DNA of 64,000 nt from Chiloscyllium plagiosum (GCF_004010195.1 NC_057719.1:7969280-8033279), one strand, 5' to 3'. Shown: positions 12,314 through 24,600, numbered from the stretch's first letter. Notes: generated from the sequence alone by a model not told the origin. Numbers and translations are program-made.

Positions 12314-12317
<4 letters not shown>

Positions 12318-12345
<28 letters not shown>
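12318..12345. repeat. (CT)n microsatellite
   Basis: About 14 CT units. Confidence 0.95.
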
Positions 12346-12349
<4 letters not shown>

Positions 12350-12749
12350 GTTGTTCTCTTGCTCTTAATATATTTGTCAAATTTTATTGAATTATCTTTA
12401 ACCTTATCTGCCAAGGCTATCTCATGTCCCTTCTTTGCCTTCCTGATTTCCTTCTTAAGAATGTCCCTACACTCTTTATATTCTTCAAATGATTCAGTTG
12501 ACCCCAATTGTTCTATACCTAATATATAATTCATTTTTATTCTTGATTAGAACCTCAATAGCTTTGTTCATCCATTGTTCTATAATTTGACCAGCCTTCC
12601 CTTTCACTCTAACAGGAACTTAATATCTCTGAACTGTAGTTCCCATACCACTTGTCAGTCATCCCTTTACCTGTGAACAGTCTACTCCAACCAACTGTTA
12701 AAAGTTCTTGTTTCATACCCTTAAAATTTGCCTTAAGAACTTTAATTAT

Positions 12750-13225
12750 GTCCCATTGGCAGGACAGACTCAACAGAGATGGAAACACTATGGTAAACAG
12801 TGGGAAGGGAGTTGCAGGAGAATTATCAACATTGACTCCAGACTTGATGAAACTTGATGGCAACGAGTCAAACGGGGACGAAGGAAATCTCCTGCTGATT
12901 ACCTTGCACCATAGCCCCCACTTATCCACTCCCAGCCACTGAATCAGAACCTCTGCGTGTTGAACGTCACTTGGAGGAAGTGCTGAGGGTGGCAAGGGTG
13001 TAGAGTGTACTGTGGGAGATTTCATTGTCTGTCTCCAAGAGTGGTTTGGCAGCACTACTGCTGACCAAGCTAGATGAATCCTAGAGGGAATAGTTCTAGA
13101 CTGGGTCAGTTGCAGGTGGTGAAATAACCAATAAGAGGGAGCAGATATTTGATCTCATCATTACCAATCAACTGCCACAGATGCACCAGTTCATGACAGT
13201 AATGCAGGAATGGCCACAGCGCTGT
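12750..13225 (+). mobile_element. Decayed LINE endonuclease-region fragment (probably L2-like)
   Basis: ggaaatctcctgctgattacc (GNLLLIT), gggagatttcattgtc (GDFNV-like), tttgatctcatcattaccaat (DLIITN). Confidence 0.55.
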
Positions 13226-14189
13226 CTTTGGAGACAAGGTCTGTTCTTTGGTTGATTAGTTGGTGCAGGTTGATTGATAATATGTACTTTTATATAAAGA
13301 GGCACTGGTAAGGTTTCCTGTGATGTACTGGTAGTGTCTTGACCTCTGAGCAAGAGGGCGTGAGTTGAAGTTCCACCTGCCTCAGAGGTGTGTCATAACA
13401 TGTCCACGCACTTTGATGAACAAGTACCGACTATTTCCTGCTAGCTTAGTTGTTAGAGTATGAGACTCTTACTTCCAGGGTAATTGGGTTGAACCTCAAG
13501 CTGGATAAATTTTAGGAGTCTTACAGTGCAATGATAGAAGGATCAGAGGTCTAGGTTCAAGATCTACCTTCCCTAGAATTGTGTTATAGCATCCCTGATG
13601 TTGATTAAAAATATTTTTTTTTCATGCAGAAACACTTGTTAATACCAGTCAGGTGGAGTCAGGAGAAATCTGCTTGTAATGCTCCACTCTGTGAATAAAG
13701 ACAGGGTTGGATTTGCCCTTTGCAACTAGCTATTTGGAGTACAATATTTGTTACTTGCTTTCTTATCCAGAGCAAATAGTTTCATTGTTCTGTTAAATCC
13801 ATCTCTAATTTTGAACACAGATTAAATCTCCTCTTAAATTTCTCAGCTCTAAAATGGTCAATCCCAGCCTCTCTACATCCCTGAACTTTCTTGAGAGGAA
13901 CCAGCTAATCAGACCCAAGGACTCAGAATTATAATGACAGCATGCACTTTTATATGCATGACATAGTCTTAAAGCTATATGGAACAATGGAGGGTCCAAC
14001 TTCTTTCTATCATATCGCCAACCAGGAATTTCTCCCATACTTACTGTCTGTTGCTGGCATGTATTGAAAGGTTTTGCAATTTGAAACTTGACTTGCTTTG
14101 CCGCATCATGACTCCACCTTCCTTTGCCATCAAGTTCATTAGCAGGGCCTGAAGCTGGAGTTTCTGCCTCTGGCACTACCCATGGTGTT

Positions 14190-15170
14190 ACGGATGATAA
14201 CATTTGTAAATGATTTTGGAGGTGATATTGGAAGCAGAATGAATAGTTAGATTATTTGGCAAATGCAGAAGCTTGGCCAAGAAGATGATAAGAACTGCAA
14301 AGGCTTTTTCAGGTAGGTTGTTTATGATGTTTACGGTTTGTAAAGTAATGTATGTTGATGCTAAAAATAGTTGGCATATTGCTAACTAGAGCAGGTGAAG
14401 AGAAAGTGACAAGTATAATAGATGGTCAGGTACAGTAAGTATTGCACCATATGACAGCAGTTACAGACGCATATAGAGAAAGAGAGACATCTTGCAATGC
14501 TTGCTCACAGATCCCTAAATACGGCAGAATAGGTAGATAAGGTGGTAAAGGAAGCGCGTAAGATATTTTCCTTCATTGGACAAAGCATTAAATTCAAAAA
14601 CAGGGATGTAATGCTGGAACTTTATAAAATACTGGTAAGGCCATGGCTGGAGTTTTGTGTACAATTCTAATCATCACATTACAGATGGACACAATTGCTC
14701 AAGAGAGAGTACAGAAAAGATTTATGAGAATGTTGTCAGGGCTTGAAAATTGTAGGTATGAATAGCCTAGGGTTCATTTTGTTAGAACAGAGGTGGCTAA
14801 GTGATGTCTTAATTCAGATGTAAAAAAATAATGAGGAGTTTGGGGAGAGTGGACAGAGAAAAACCTATTTCCCCTAACAGTGAAGTCATTGCAGTTTTAA
14901 AATGATTAGGGTGTAGGGTTGGAGGGGATGTGAGGAAAAATGTTTTCACCCAGAGGGTGGTTGATGTATGGAATTTTCTGCCTAGTTTCGAGGTTGAGGC
15001 AAAATCCTCACCTGATCTATAAAAGGTACCTGCATGTGCATCTGAAGTACTGTATCCTGCTAGGGGACGTGCTGGAAAGTGGGATTAGAAAGGGTAAGAA
15101 GTTTATTCAGCTGACATGGCCACCATGGTCAAAAAGCCTATTCCTGTGCATTAAGATTTATATTGTTCTA
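14190..15170 (+). mobile_element. Decayed CR1 3' fragments
   Basis: ctggtaaggccatggctggagttttgtgtacaattc, gagagagtacagaaaagattt, tgttttcacccagagggtgg. Confidence 0.8.
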
Positions 15171-15654
15171 TAAATCTTGGTAAATCGGATTATGTACTGT
15201 GAGAGAATAAATGATACTGTTATTCTGGAAAATGCTGGTCATGTCAGACAAATATGATAGTTCAGGGGAAAAATATGAAAATAAATTTCCAATTCAATAT
15301 TGACGTTTTTATCAGAATGCTATTAATCTTTGGAATTCTTTTCCACAGAGAGATTTGGAGATTGGAGACTTGGTCATTGCATCGATTCAATGCTGAGTCA
15401 GAAAGATTTTTGATTATTAAGAGGGTTGAGGGTTATGAGGGACAGGCAGGAAAGTGGGATCAGTTCGCGATCAGATCAGTCATGATTGTATTGCAAGGGG
15501 ATACTCACAGGCTTGCTGAGCTGAATAGCCCAATTTGAATGATTTCATGAATGGTTTTGGGAGAGTTTCAGTGAGATTCCTGAGGTGAGGCATCTTAATT
15601 GGCATAGCTAATTAACACAACTGTAATTTACTTTGAAAATACAGTCAAGCGCAT

Positions 15655-15990
15655 CACCTTTAGTGTTAGCACTGTCTTCTCTGAGTCAGGGGTGGTGGAT
15701 TTCAGCCCCACTCCACAGGCTTAAGCAAATAATTTTGGAAGACACTCTAGTGCAGTACAAGAGAGTACCGCAGTGTCACCTTTTGAATGAAATGTTATAT
15801 TGTGGCCCCCGTGTGTGTGCAAAAGTTCCCATGATGGAACTCTGAAAGGAGCAAGAGAATTCTGTAAACATTTATCTCGTGTTAACATCATTACTATTTG
15901 TTGGATCTTACTATACACATATTCAATGCCTCACTACAGTTGCAATACTGTCTGCACTTGGGAAGGGCTTCTGTAGACGTGAAGTGTTCA
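15655..15990 (+). mobile_element. Decayed Deu-SINE (SacSINE1-like)
   Basis: ctctgagtcagggtggtggatttcagccccactccacaggcttaagc...gacactctagtgcagtac. Confidence 0.6.
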
Positions 15991-16114
15991 GAAATATTCT
16001 GACACTGTGTTAATAAGTTGTTTTTTTTCTCCCTATCATCTTTTTGTGTGGAAGTATTGAACACCATATTAGTTGAGAAAGCTGTAACAGTGATTGTTTA
16101 TGTGCTTTCTGCAG

Positions 16115-16291
16115 GGTAAGCTGGCTGTTAATGGAGAAGAATCTGTGAGGCAACTGGAGCAAATGACATTTCAGCTTAATGATCAAATCAGAAGAATCCA
16201 AACAGAGCAAGAGACAATCCTTTGTTCTGTGGGAAAAGAAATTGATGCTGCGTGTGATTTCCTCTCCAGAGATCCTGGTGACAAGTTCAAA
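16115..16291 (+). CDS. CEP128: CEP128 (centrosomal protein 128) internal coding exon, 177 bp, phase 0/0
   Basis: Acceptor tgtgctttctgcag|, donor AAA|gtaatc. Encodes GKLAVNGEESVRQLEQMTFQLNDQIRRIQTEQETILCSVGKEIDAACDFLSRDPGDKFK, matching my recollection of vertebrate CEP128 (GKEIDAAC motif). Splices in frame to the next two exons. Confidence 0.9.
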
Positions 16292-16939
16292 GTAATCAAT
16301 GTAAACTTTTATTGACTTTGTACAACTAACTTCAGTAAATTTCCTCCCCTCCACCACCATCTGCGATGTTGATCTCGCTCATCTATATTTCATTTTTTTA
16401 ACGTGGGCCACAGGCAGATGACCTATACTTAAGCCTTTGTTGAGAATAATAGTTGATGAGGACAAGTGGAAATAATTGAGAGTAGCTCAGTGTGACTTGC
16501 TTTGAGATTTCCTCCAGTCCTTACTGAAAGCTTCCTTTGGATTTGTGACAAACCATACTTAAGACGCTACGTGGATTCATCCTTTCCGTATTTTTGAAAG
16601 CTGCTCTGAGATCTCTTCTAATCCTGGCCTCCTGCGCATCCTGATTTTCATCAGTGCAACCCACTGGAGGCTGTTCCTTAATTTGTCCTGACTTCTGGCA
16701 TTCCCTTTCTAAACCTCTCTATTCTTCCAAGTTGTAATGGCACAGAAAGAAGCCAATCAGCCCACCGAGTCATTGCCAGGTCTCAGTGTAGCAATCTAAT
16801 CAGCCACATCCCCTACTTTACCTCTGTGAACTTGAAAGTTCCTTTTCATTAATTGACTGTCAAATTCCCTTGTGAAATCATTGTCTCTGTTTCCATCACC
16901 CTCATAGGCAGTTTGAGGTTGTTATGAGTTGCTGAATAA

Positions 16940-17150
16940 AAGTGAATTTGCCAAAGACCCACCAGACCATAGGGCTGTTCTCTGATTAGAGACAGAGAGG
17001 GAGATGACTGATTGTGGTTAAACCTGAGGGTCATTACACCTCAGGTGAGGGAAAGACTTGAGAAGGAGAGTCCGTTATGTAACCTCAATCGGTTACTATT
17101 GGAATAATTCCTGATCACAAGCCAGCCGTCCAGCCAACTGAGCAACTAGA
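16940..17150 (-). mobile_element. tRNA-derived SINE (family also at 18617 and 48418)
   Basis: accagaccatagggctg...aaacctgagggtcattacacctcaggtgagg...cagccgtccagccaactgagc, reverse complement of the 48418 copy. Confidence 0.75.
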
Positions 17151-17419
17151 ATAACTAGAAATGTTCTTGCACATTATATTGAATGAAGGTATCACATTTT
17201 CCACTATCCAACCTTTGGTGCCATTATTTTAAGGCACTCCTTGAAAAGTACCCGTATGACTTGCCTCTCTAAATACTGTTGCATTACGTTTCATTTGCTG
17301 TTGCTCCAGTACAGTTCCTTGGGACTTTTGGCTACTTTAAATGTCCTGTTCAAAAACAATTTGTTGAGGAGAACTGGACTTACATTGACACAACAACTTT
17401 CACGTTCTCTCTTTGTAGA

Positions 17420-17735
17420 CAATAGTTGTTTTGCAATACAGACTAGGCACTTGTTTTGTAAGCAAGCCAGTTTGCATGTAACAACATTTCACAATCATGC
17501 GAGATCCATTGGTATATTTTGGTGATGTTGGTTAATAAATGTTGGCTAGCATACCTAAAGTATTCTTTCTGCCTTATTTATTGATGGTCCATTGAGAGAG
17601 CAGTTGAGTCCTTGGCAATATACCCCAAACGAAAGGAAGCACTTTGAACAGTGCACCACTTCCTCAACAGTGCATTAAAGTGCTCAATTCCCTGGAATGA
17701 TGCTTGAATTGAAGAAGTGAGAGCTTTGCTAGGCC
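17420..17735 (-). mobile_element. Decayed Deu-SINE
   Basis: gtgatgttggtt...taaatgttggctag...cagtgcaccacttcctcaacagtgca, reverse complement of the Deu core. Confidence 0.5.
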
Positions 17736-18244
17736 TGTCTGACATTAGCCTACAGTATTGTACATAAATCATTGACGATCAATAGAATTATTTCATATGG
17801 AGGCACTTAGAATATTTTTCCTTCACCATATTTATAGCAGAAGGTTTCATTTCAGAGAAAGTGTTTGAAGAACAAGGGGGTAGATTCATATGTGCAACAA
17901 ACTTCAGTTTACCCAACATCTCATTTCTGTCAGTCTCAGCAGTTTAGTGATTTAATTTAAGTCTTTTTGACTTAAGTGCAAATCATAAAAATGCTTGCTG
18001 CATTCGTTCCTTTGTCCTTATACATGTATTTTACTTCGAATGTTTTTCAATCCCAGTACTGCACAATAAATCTGTTAACAGCTATTGAAATATTGTGACT
18101 GACAATTGAAGTAATAGATTTTTATTTGGCTGCTTTTATTCTGTATGATTACATTTTCGCTACTTGAATTCTGGGCATTAGATTCTATAGACAGTTAAAT
18201 TGTATTCCATTGATACTTCCACTGTAGTTTTTCCTTGTTGATCA

Positions 18245-18900
18245 GTTATGGCTCAGTGGTTGATTCCTCTGTCCCTGAGTTACGAGATTGTGGGTTCAAG
18301 TGAGCACAAAAATCAAGACTGACACTGCAATGCAAAACTGAAAGTATGCCGCACTGTTGGGCATACTGTCTTTTGGATAAGGTGTTATACCATTCCATCT
18401 GCCCTCTCAAGAAGATCATAAGAGGTCCCAGAATGCCCTTCCTCTGAAGAGCAGTGAACTTTCCTTTAGGGCCCTAGCAATATTTGTATCTCAACCAACA
18501 TCCCAAAAACAGTTATTATCTGGTTATTATTGAATTACAGTTTTCAGGAGTTGTTGTGTGCAAATTGGTTCCCGTGTTTCTTACATTATGACAGTGACTA
18601 CCCTTTAAAAGAGGGGAGCAGTTAGCTGTGTTGGTGGGATAGCTGGTTTGCAACATATAGTGATACAACAGTGTAAGTTCAATTCCCACACAGGTTGAGG
18701 TTACCATGAAGGACTCTTCTTAACCCCTCCCCTTTCCTGAGGCGTGATAACCCTCAGGTTAAACTACCATCAGTTGTCTTTCTATAATGAGAGAACAGTC
18801 CTGTGGTCTGGTAGGACAATATTGACTTTACCTTTGAAAAGTGCTTCATTGTGCTGTGGGATAACTGGTGGTTACGAGAAGTGCTATTTAAAGCATGTGT
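18245..18900 (+). mobile_element. SacSINE1-like Deu-SINE with a second tRNA-SINE nested at about 18617-18835
   Basis: Box A tggctcagtgg, box B gggttcaagt, core gactgacactgcaatgcaaaactgaaagtatgccgcactgttgg; resumes after the insert at aaaagtgcttcattg. Confidence 0.75.
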
Positions 18901-19774
18901 TTTTTTGACGTCCTGCAAAAGTCTCTGTACCTTGATGCTTCATCACCTCTTTCCAGAAGAGGGTGCTAAGTTATCCCTTATTACTGTCTTACCTTGCTGA
19001 AATATAGTAATTGTCAGTAATCCTAACTCCAGCTACAGAATTAATATAAAATCATGCCTGAAATTAACTTACTGTTTGAAACACTGTTACAGTAGCTGTA
19101 GGTAACTGCAGTTGCTGAGACTTTGATGTCATTCTACTACCACTGAGGAATGGACAATTTCAAGTTATGTAGTTCTGTGGAAGCATTTCTTAACTACTTA
19201 CAACTTCATTAGTTTCCTAAACAGATTTCTGAGTAATTTTCTGGTTAAAACCCACTGAAGTGTCCAATTTCCACACTGATGAACACAGATCCAGTTCTAC
19301 CTAAGTGCATTCACTTTATTAATGTAACACATTTGGATTTCCAAAAGGGATTCAATTAGCTACTGCACATAAGGCTACTTAATAACATAAGAGCCCACGT
19401 GTCAGGGTATTATATTATCATGAATGGTAGATTAGCTAGCTAACACAAGACAGAAGGTTGGTATAAAGGGGGCATTTTCAGGATGGCAATCTGTAACCCA
19501 AGGACTGGAGTCACAGATCCCTGGGATACCAGGATTGGTGCTGGGGTCACAATTATTTAGAATTGTATGAATGACTAGGATGAGGGAAGTGAATGTATGT
19601 AGTCAAGTTTGTGGATGACATCAAAATAAGTGGGAAAGTAAGTACGGAGGATGATGCAAAGAGTTACAGATAGATATAGTCAGGCTGAGTGAGTGGGTGA
19701 AGACTTGGGAAATGGAATAGAATGTGGGAAAATGTGCTATTGTACAGTTTGGCAGGAGGAATAGAAAACAAAAA

Positions 19775-21335
19775 TTGATCACAGTATTCCAGGAATATAA
19801 AAAACAGAACGTGCTCGAGAAAATCTGGAAGCATCTGTGGACAGACAGCAGAGTCTTCATCAAAACTGAAAAGATCCAGAAAATGTTGGTTTTGGTGCTG
19901 TTGACAAACGGTTTGGAGGAGGGGGTGGAACAGACGGTGAGGATGCCTAGAGCAAAAGACAAAGGGAGTGTTAATGGTGGTAAAGGAGGTCTAAGATGTA
20001 ATGCAGGTGCAAGGGATAGATTTGAAATGAGTTAGTTGCAAAGCCAACAAGATACAAGAAAGACACAGTGGGTTGGGGAGGGTGGGATTGAATGGCTGGT
20101 AGAGATTATTCGCCAAAGTTGTTGACCTTAGTGCTGAGGCCTGGAGTGTTGTTCATTTTCCACTTGGTCACTTCACAGCCTCAAGGACTCGACATTAAGT
20201 TCATCTCTGGAAAATGGCTGCTGTTCTCCATGTTGATACGTGCACTCACACACTCACACTCTGGCTCACATACTCACTCTTTCACTATCCTCTCTCACCC
20301 ACACATTCACTCACACACACACACACTCTTTCTCTCATGTACACTCTCTCTCACACACACACACACGCGCACACACAGCCTCTCTGCCTCTAACTTATCA
20401 AGTCCCCAAAGATTTCGAGATGGCCTGTGCTTTCTCTCTTGCTCACTCACTCTCTTACTCACTCAGTCACTCTCACTCTCGTTCCCTCTGTGTGTGTGTC
20501 TCTCTTTCTTTCTCTCAGTCTCTCATTCATATGGGTGCACACCCACACACTCATTCACACATGTACACACATACACGTGTGCATGTTCACACACACTCTC
20601 AGTCTCACACATATTCTCACCCCCTCTCACACGCATGCTCTCACATGCCTGTAACTTATTAAGCCCCCAAAGATTCCAATATGGTCAGCTTACATACACA
20701 CTCTTTCACTCACACACACAAACACACATACACTTACATACACGCTCTCAGACACAGAGACTCTCTCTCACACACACTGTGTCTCTCTCTCTCTCTCACA
20801 CGCGCGTACACACAAACATGCTCTCACACGCGCACGCGCACACACTCTCTCAAACGCATGCACACTCACTCTCACACACACACAAAGACTCTCTCTTTTT
20901 CACACTCTGTCTCTGTCTCTCATGCGTGCGCACACACACACACACAATCTCTCTGTCTCTCTCATACACACACTCTCCTACATCCCCCACCCACCCCTAA
21001 TTCTGTGCCTTCTATGCATCTTCTCGGTTTTGCTTTCAGACAGACCCATTGTCTCCACTCACATTTATTATTTACTCCTATTTTACATCTCTATCTCTCC
21101 TTTACCATTATCAGTTCTCCCTTTATTTTTTGCCCTAGGCACCCATACCTTTCATTCCACTTGTTCCTTCTACAGTCCTGTCAACAACATAAAAAAAATT
21201 TTTCCAGACCCTTCTAGTTCTAAAGAAGTGTCATGATAAAATTGAAGTGTAAACACTGTTGCTCCCTCCACAGATATTCCCAGACCTGCTGTGTTTCTCT
21301 GGCATTTTATGTTTCTATCCCTGGAATATTGTGAA
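19775..21335. mobile_element. Old inverted Penelope-like remnant with roughly 300-bp arms and GIY-YIG C-terminal relic
   Basis: ggatgcctagagcaaaagacaaagggagtgttaatggtggtaaagga is the diverged reverse complement of tcctttaccattatcagttctccctttattttttgccctaggcaccc; the centre encodes FIFHLVTSQPQGLDIKF. Confidence 0.7.
20240..20980. repeat. CA/CT-rich low-complexity compound microsatellite
   Basis: Imperfect (CA)n/(CT)n over about 740 bp; the source of the His/Thr/Ser-rich spurious ORFs. Confidence 0.95.
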
Positions 21336-21914
21336 CAAGTTTGGTCCCCTAATCTAAGGGCTCACACTGGAGACAGTCCCCAGAAGATTAACTGGCTGAA
21401 TTCCATTTCTTGAGAGGAGAGGCTAATTGACTCATTGATGTTCAGAAAGGTACAACTCTCGCACAACAAAATCGCACAACAGTAAGATGAATAACCAAGA
21501 GCAGCTGACCATATTGGAATCTCTGGGGGCTTGATAAGTCGAGATGGAGAGACTGTTTCTATTTTGGGAGAATCTAGGACCAGAGGACATAACCTCAGAA
21601 TAAAAGATCACCCATTTAAGACAAAGGTGTGTAGAAATTACTTCTGAGAGAGGTGAATCTTTGAAATTCTTTGCTGCAGAAGGCTGTCAAGACTTGGTTG
21701 TTAAGTGTATTCAAGGCTGAGATAGTAAGCAAATCAGTGGTTATGGGATAAAGCAGGTAGGTAGATTTGAGGATTATCAGATTATCTCATTGAAATACAG
21801 AGTGGATTTGATTGGGCTGAATGGCCTACTTTTATTCTTAAGTGTTATAGTTTTATGGTCTAATTGGTGAAATGGGGGAAAATCAGATAACGGAATTTAA
21901 GACAATAATTCTGC

Positions 21915-21992
21915 ATATGTAAGTTAGCTGGCTGAGTTTGAAGGGTTGTTTTCAGACTTTTTGTCACCATACTAGGTAACATCATCATCAGT
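21915..21992 (-). mobile_element. Penelope-like remnant (family D) with degenerate long-stem-II hammerhead
   Basis: Minus strand a-CTGATGA-tgat-GTTACC tagtat GGTGAC-aAAA-ag-TC-tg; flanked by ttctgc at 21909-21914 and 21992-21997. Confidence 0.6.
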
Positions 21993-22119
21993 TCTGCTTT
22001 AGGTTATAGTTCTGTTCAGGAATAGCTTTAGCAAGCTGCTCTTGGCCATCCTTTAGTTCGTTATTCATCTCATTGTTCTGTGATTTTGCTGGGCATGAAG
22101 TTGCTGCCATCCTTTACAA

Positions 22120-22550
22120 GAATGATCCTGAGAATGAAGGATTTGTCAATGAGGAGCAGATGAGGATTCTGGGTCAGTATTCAATCGCATTTAGAAAGAT
22201 GAATGGTGTTCCGCTTAAAACGTGCAGAATACTGAGAGGCCTGGATAGAGTGGACATGAAAAAGATGTTTCCAACAGTAGGAGAGAATAGGACACTCGTG
22301 AGCGCAGCCTCAGAGTGAAGCAAGGATACGTTAGACCTGAGGTGAGAAGGAAGCTCTTTAGCCAGAGGCTACTTAATATGTGGAGAGGGCTGTGGAGGCC
22401 GAGGCATTTAGTGTATTTAAGATAAAGATAAACAGGTTCTTGATTAGTAAGGGAATCAAGAATTACAGGGAGAAGACAGGAGAATGAGTTTGAGAAATAT
22501 ATCAGCCTTGATCCAGTAGTCTAAATCTGCTCCTATGCCTTATGGTCTTT
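22120..22550 (+). mobile_element. CR1 3' fragment
   Basis: ORF segment RILRGLDRVDMKKMFPTVGENRT; tail ctgctcctatgccttatggtct. Confidence 0.85.
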
Positions 22551-22659
22551 GTGCACCAAAGCATTTGCCTTTCAAATGCTACTTATTGAATGCAAAAGTT
22601 TGAAAAGATGTGGTAATGCATGTGATTACTGTTCTTCTGATTTATGATACAAACAAACA

Positions 22660-23280
22660 TCTCAACAAGAGAAGGGATTGCCCCTTGACATTCAATGGCA
22701 TTATCACTAAATCCTCTACTATCAACATGGCTGGTTTACCAACAATGAGTAACTCCCCTCCTGTGTGCCCAAAGTCATTCCTCCACCTTCAACGTACAAG
22801 TCAGGAGTGTGATGGAATGCTCTCTTGCCTGAATGAGTGCAGTTCCAACAATACTCAAGAAGCATGACAGTATGCAGTACAAAGCAACCTGCTTGATTGG
22901 CACTACATCTACAAATATTCACTCCTGCCACCACCAAAACTCGCGAACAGCAGTGTGTACCATCCATAAGATGCACTGCAGAAATGCATCAAGGTTCCTG
23001 AGACAGCACCTTCCAAACCAACAACCTCAACCATCTAGAAGGAGAAAGGCAGCAGATAAAAGGGACCATCACCACCTACAAGTTCTCTTCTAAGCCACTC
23101 ACCACGTAGATTTAGTACCATATCACTATTCCTTCACTGTCACTGGGTTAAAATCCTGGAACACCTTCTCAAAATGGCAATGTGGGTGTACCTACAGCAA
23201 ATGGATTGTAGTTGTCCATTACCCACACAAGTGCAAAGTGTGATGTGGCAAAAATGCTGGCTTGTCCCTACCATGCCTAA
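22660..23280 (+). mobile_element. L2-like LINE 3' fragment
   Basis: ccccttgacattcaatggcatt, caagtcaggagtgtgatggaatgctc, acaaagcaacctgcttgattggcac, cagcaccttccaaacc. Confidence 0.75.
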
Positions 23281-23489
23281 AACCCTTTTACCTTGTGCTT
23301 ATCAAGAATCTGTTGCTCCCTTAAAAACATTCAGACACTTTGTTCCCACTGCCTTTTGAGGAATAAAATTCAAAACACTTGTGATCTTTTGTGGGAAAAA
23401 CATTTTCATCTTTCTTTATTTTTAAAGAATGATCCCTTGCTCTTGATTTGACCACAACAGAATACATCTTTCCCGCATCCAAGCTATTA

Positions 23490-24100
23490 AGACCATAAGA
23501 CATAGGACTGGAAATAAGACCATTAGGCCCATCGAATCCATTCCGCCATTCAATCATGGCTGATAGGCATTTCAACGCCACTTACCCACAATCTCCCCAT
23601 AGCCCTTAATTCCTTGTGAGATCAAGAATTTATCAATCCGTGCCTTGAAGACATTTGATGTCCTGGCCTCCATTATGCTCCATGGAATTCCACAGGCCAA
23701 CCACTCTCTGGCTGAAGAAATGTCTCCTCATTTTCATTGTAAATTGACCCCCTCTAATTATAAGGAAGTGCCCACAGGTCATAGTATCCCAGCCCTATGG
23801 AAACAAATTCCCACGTCCACCCTTTTAAGCCATGCATTATCTTGTAAGTTTCCATTTGATCCCCCCTCGACCTTCTAAACACTAATGAATTCAATCCCAG
23901 GATCTTCAGCCGTTCATTGTATGTTAGGCCTATCATTCCAGGGATCATCCGGGTGAATCTCCACTGGACACGCTCCAGTGCCAGTATGTCCTTCCTGAGA
24001 TGTGGGGCCCAGAATTGGACACATGGGGTCTAACCAGAGCTTTATAAAGTCTCAGAAGCACGTAGCTGTTTTTACATTCCAACCCTCTTGAGATAAATAA
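23490..24100 (-). mobile_element. CR1 3' fragment
   Basis: Tail agaccataagacatagga; minus ORF MIPGMIGLTYNERLKILGL...RRSRGDQMETYKI. Confidence 0.9.
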
Positions 24101-24600
24101 AGATCACAAGTCCGAATCTCTGCAGTTAACCTTTCTCCTTGTAACTCCTTGCTAGACACTTTTAGCTTGGACGTAACAATGAATGTTTTCTGCGTAGGTA
24201 CATTGCTTATATGCAACAAACAGACTTAAATGTCTTTTTATAAGATTGAAATTATACTCTGCAGTACAGCTATAACTTGTGATGGACTGAGTAGCAAGTC
24301 ATGTTTGGATTTGAATGAAAAAAGGTGCAAGTGATGAAAGGTGACTGGTGCCTAACTGGAGTTGCTGCTGCGAGGTTGCCTCCTGATTGCACACTGTGTA
24401 CAAGCTTCACAGAGATTGCAGCTCAGGGCTTCAGCAGCAAATCAATCAAGGTTCATGCTTCAGAATCATGAGCCTAATTAATTTCTTTTATAAACTGTGT
24501 GGAGCTGCCACCTGGAAAGTAGATTTTTTTTGAGTGATCATTCTTTCCAAATTCAATCTCTTCTGTTAACAAACAAACTGCAATCTAATTTTCTTTGCAG

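Larger units (their letters stand above)
10517..12740 (-). mobile_element. HER1/CR1 LINE, about 2.2 kb ORF2-to-tail fragment
   Basis: Minus ORFs LVRPLLEYFVQFW...ERVQKRFTRVLP and EIRKAKKGHEIALADKVK; tail tagtcat...gaaacagatcttttggtccaacc. Confidence 0.92.
19320..21860 (+). mobile_element. CR1 RT/3' fragment split by a large Penelope-like inverted insertion (about 19775-21335)
   Basis: ttggatttccaaaaggga (LDFQK), aagtttgtggatgaca (FADD-like) on the left; ctggaatattgtgaaca to the 3' UTR on the right. Confidence 0.8.

Noticed and set aside
13805..14203. 132-aa minus-strand ORF with an internal GTAAGT
   Set aside because: The C-terminus runs into CR1 sequence (ELRNLRGDLI); no recognisable domain and no convincing acceptor.
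20092..21236. Overlapping His/Thr/Ser/Leu-rich ORFs up to 302 aa
   Set aside because: Products of a stop-poor CA/CT microsatellite; only the short FIFHLVTSQPQGLDIKF piece is informative, as a Penelope relic.
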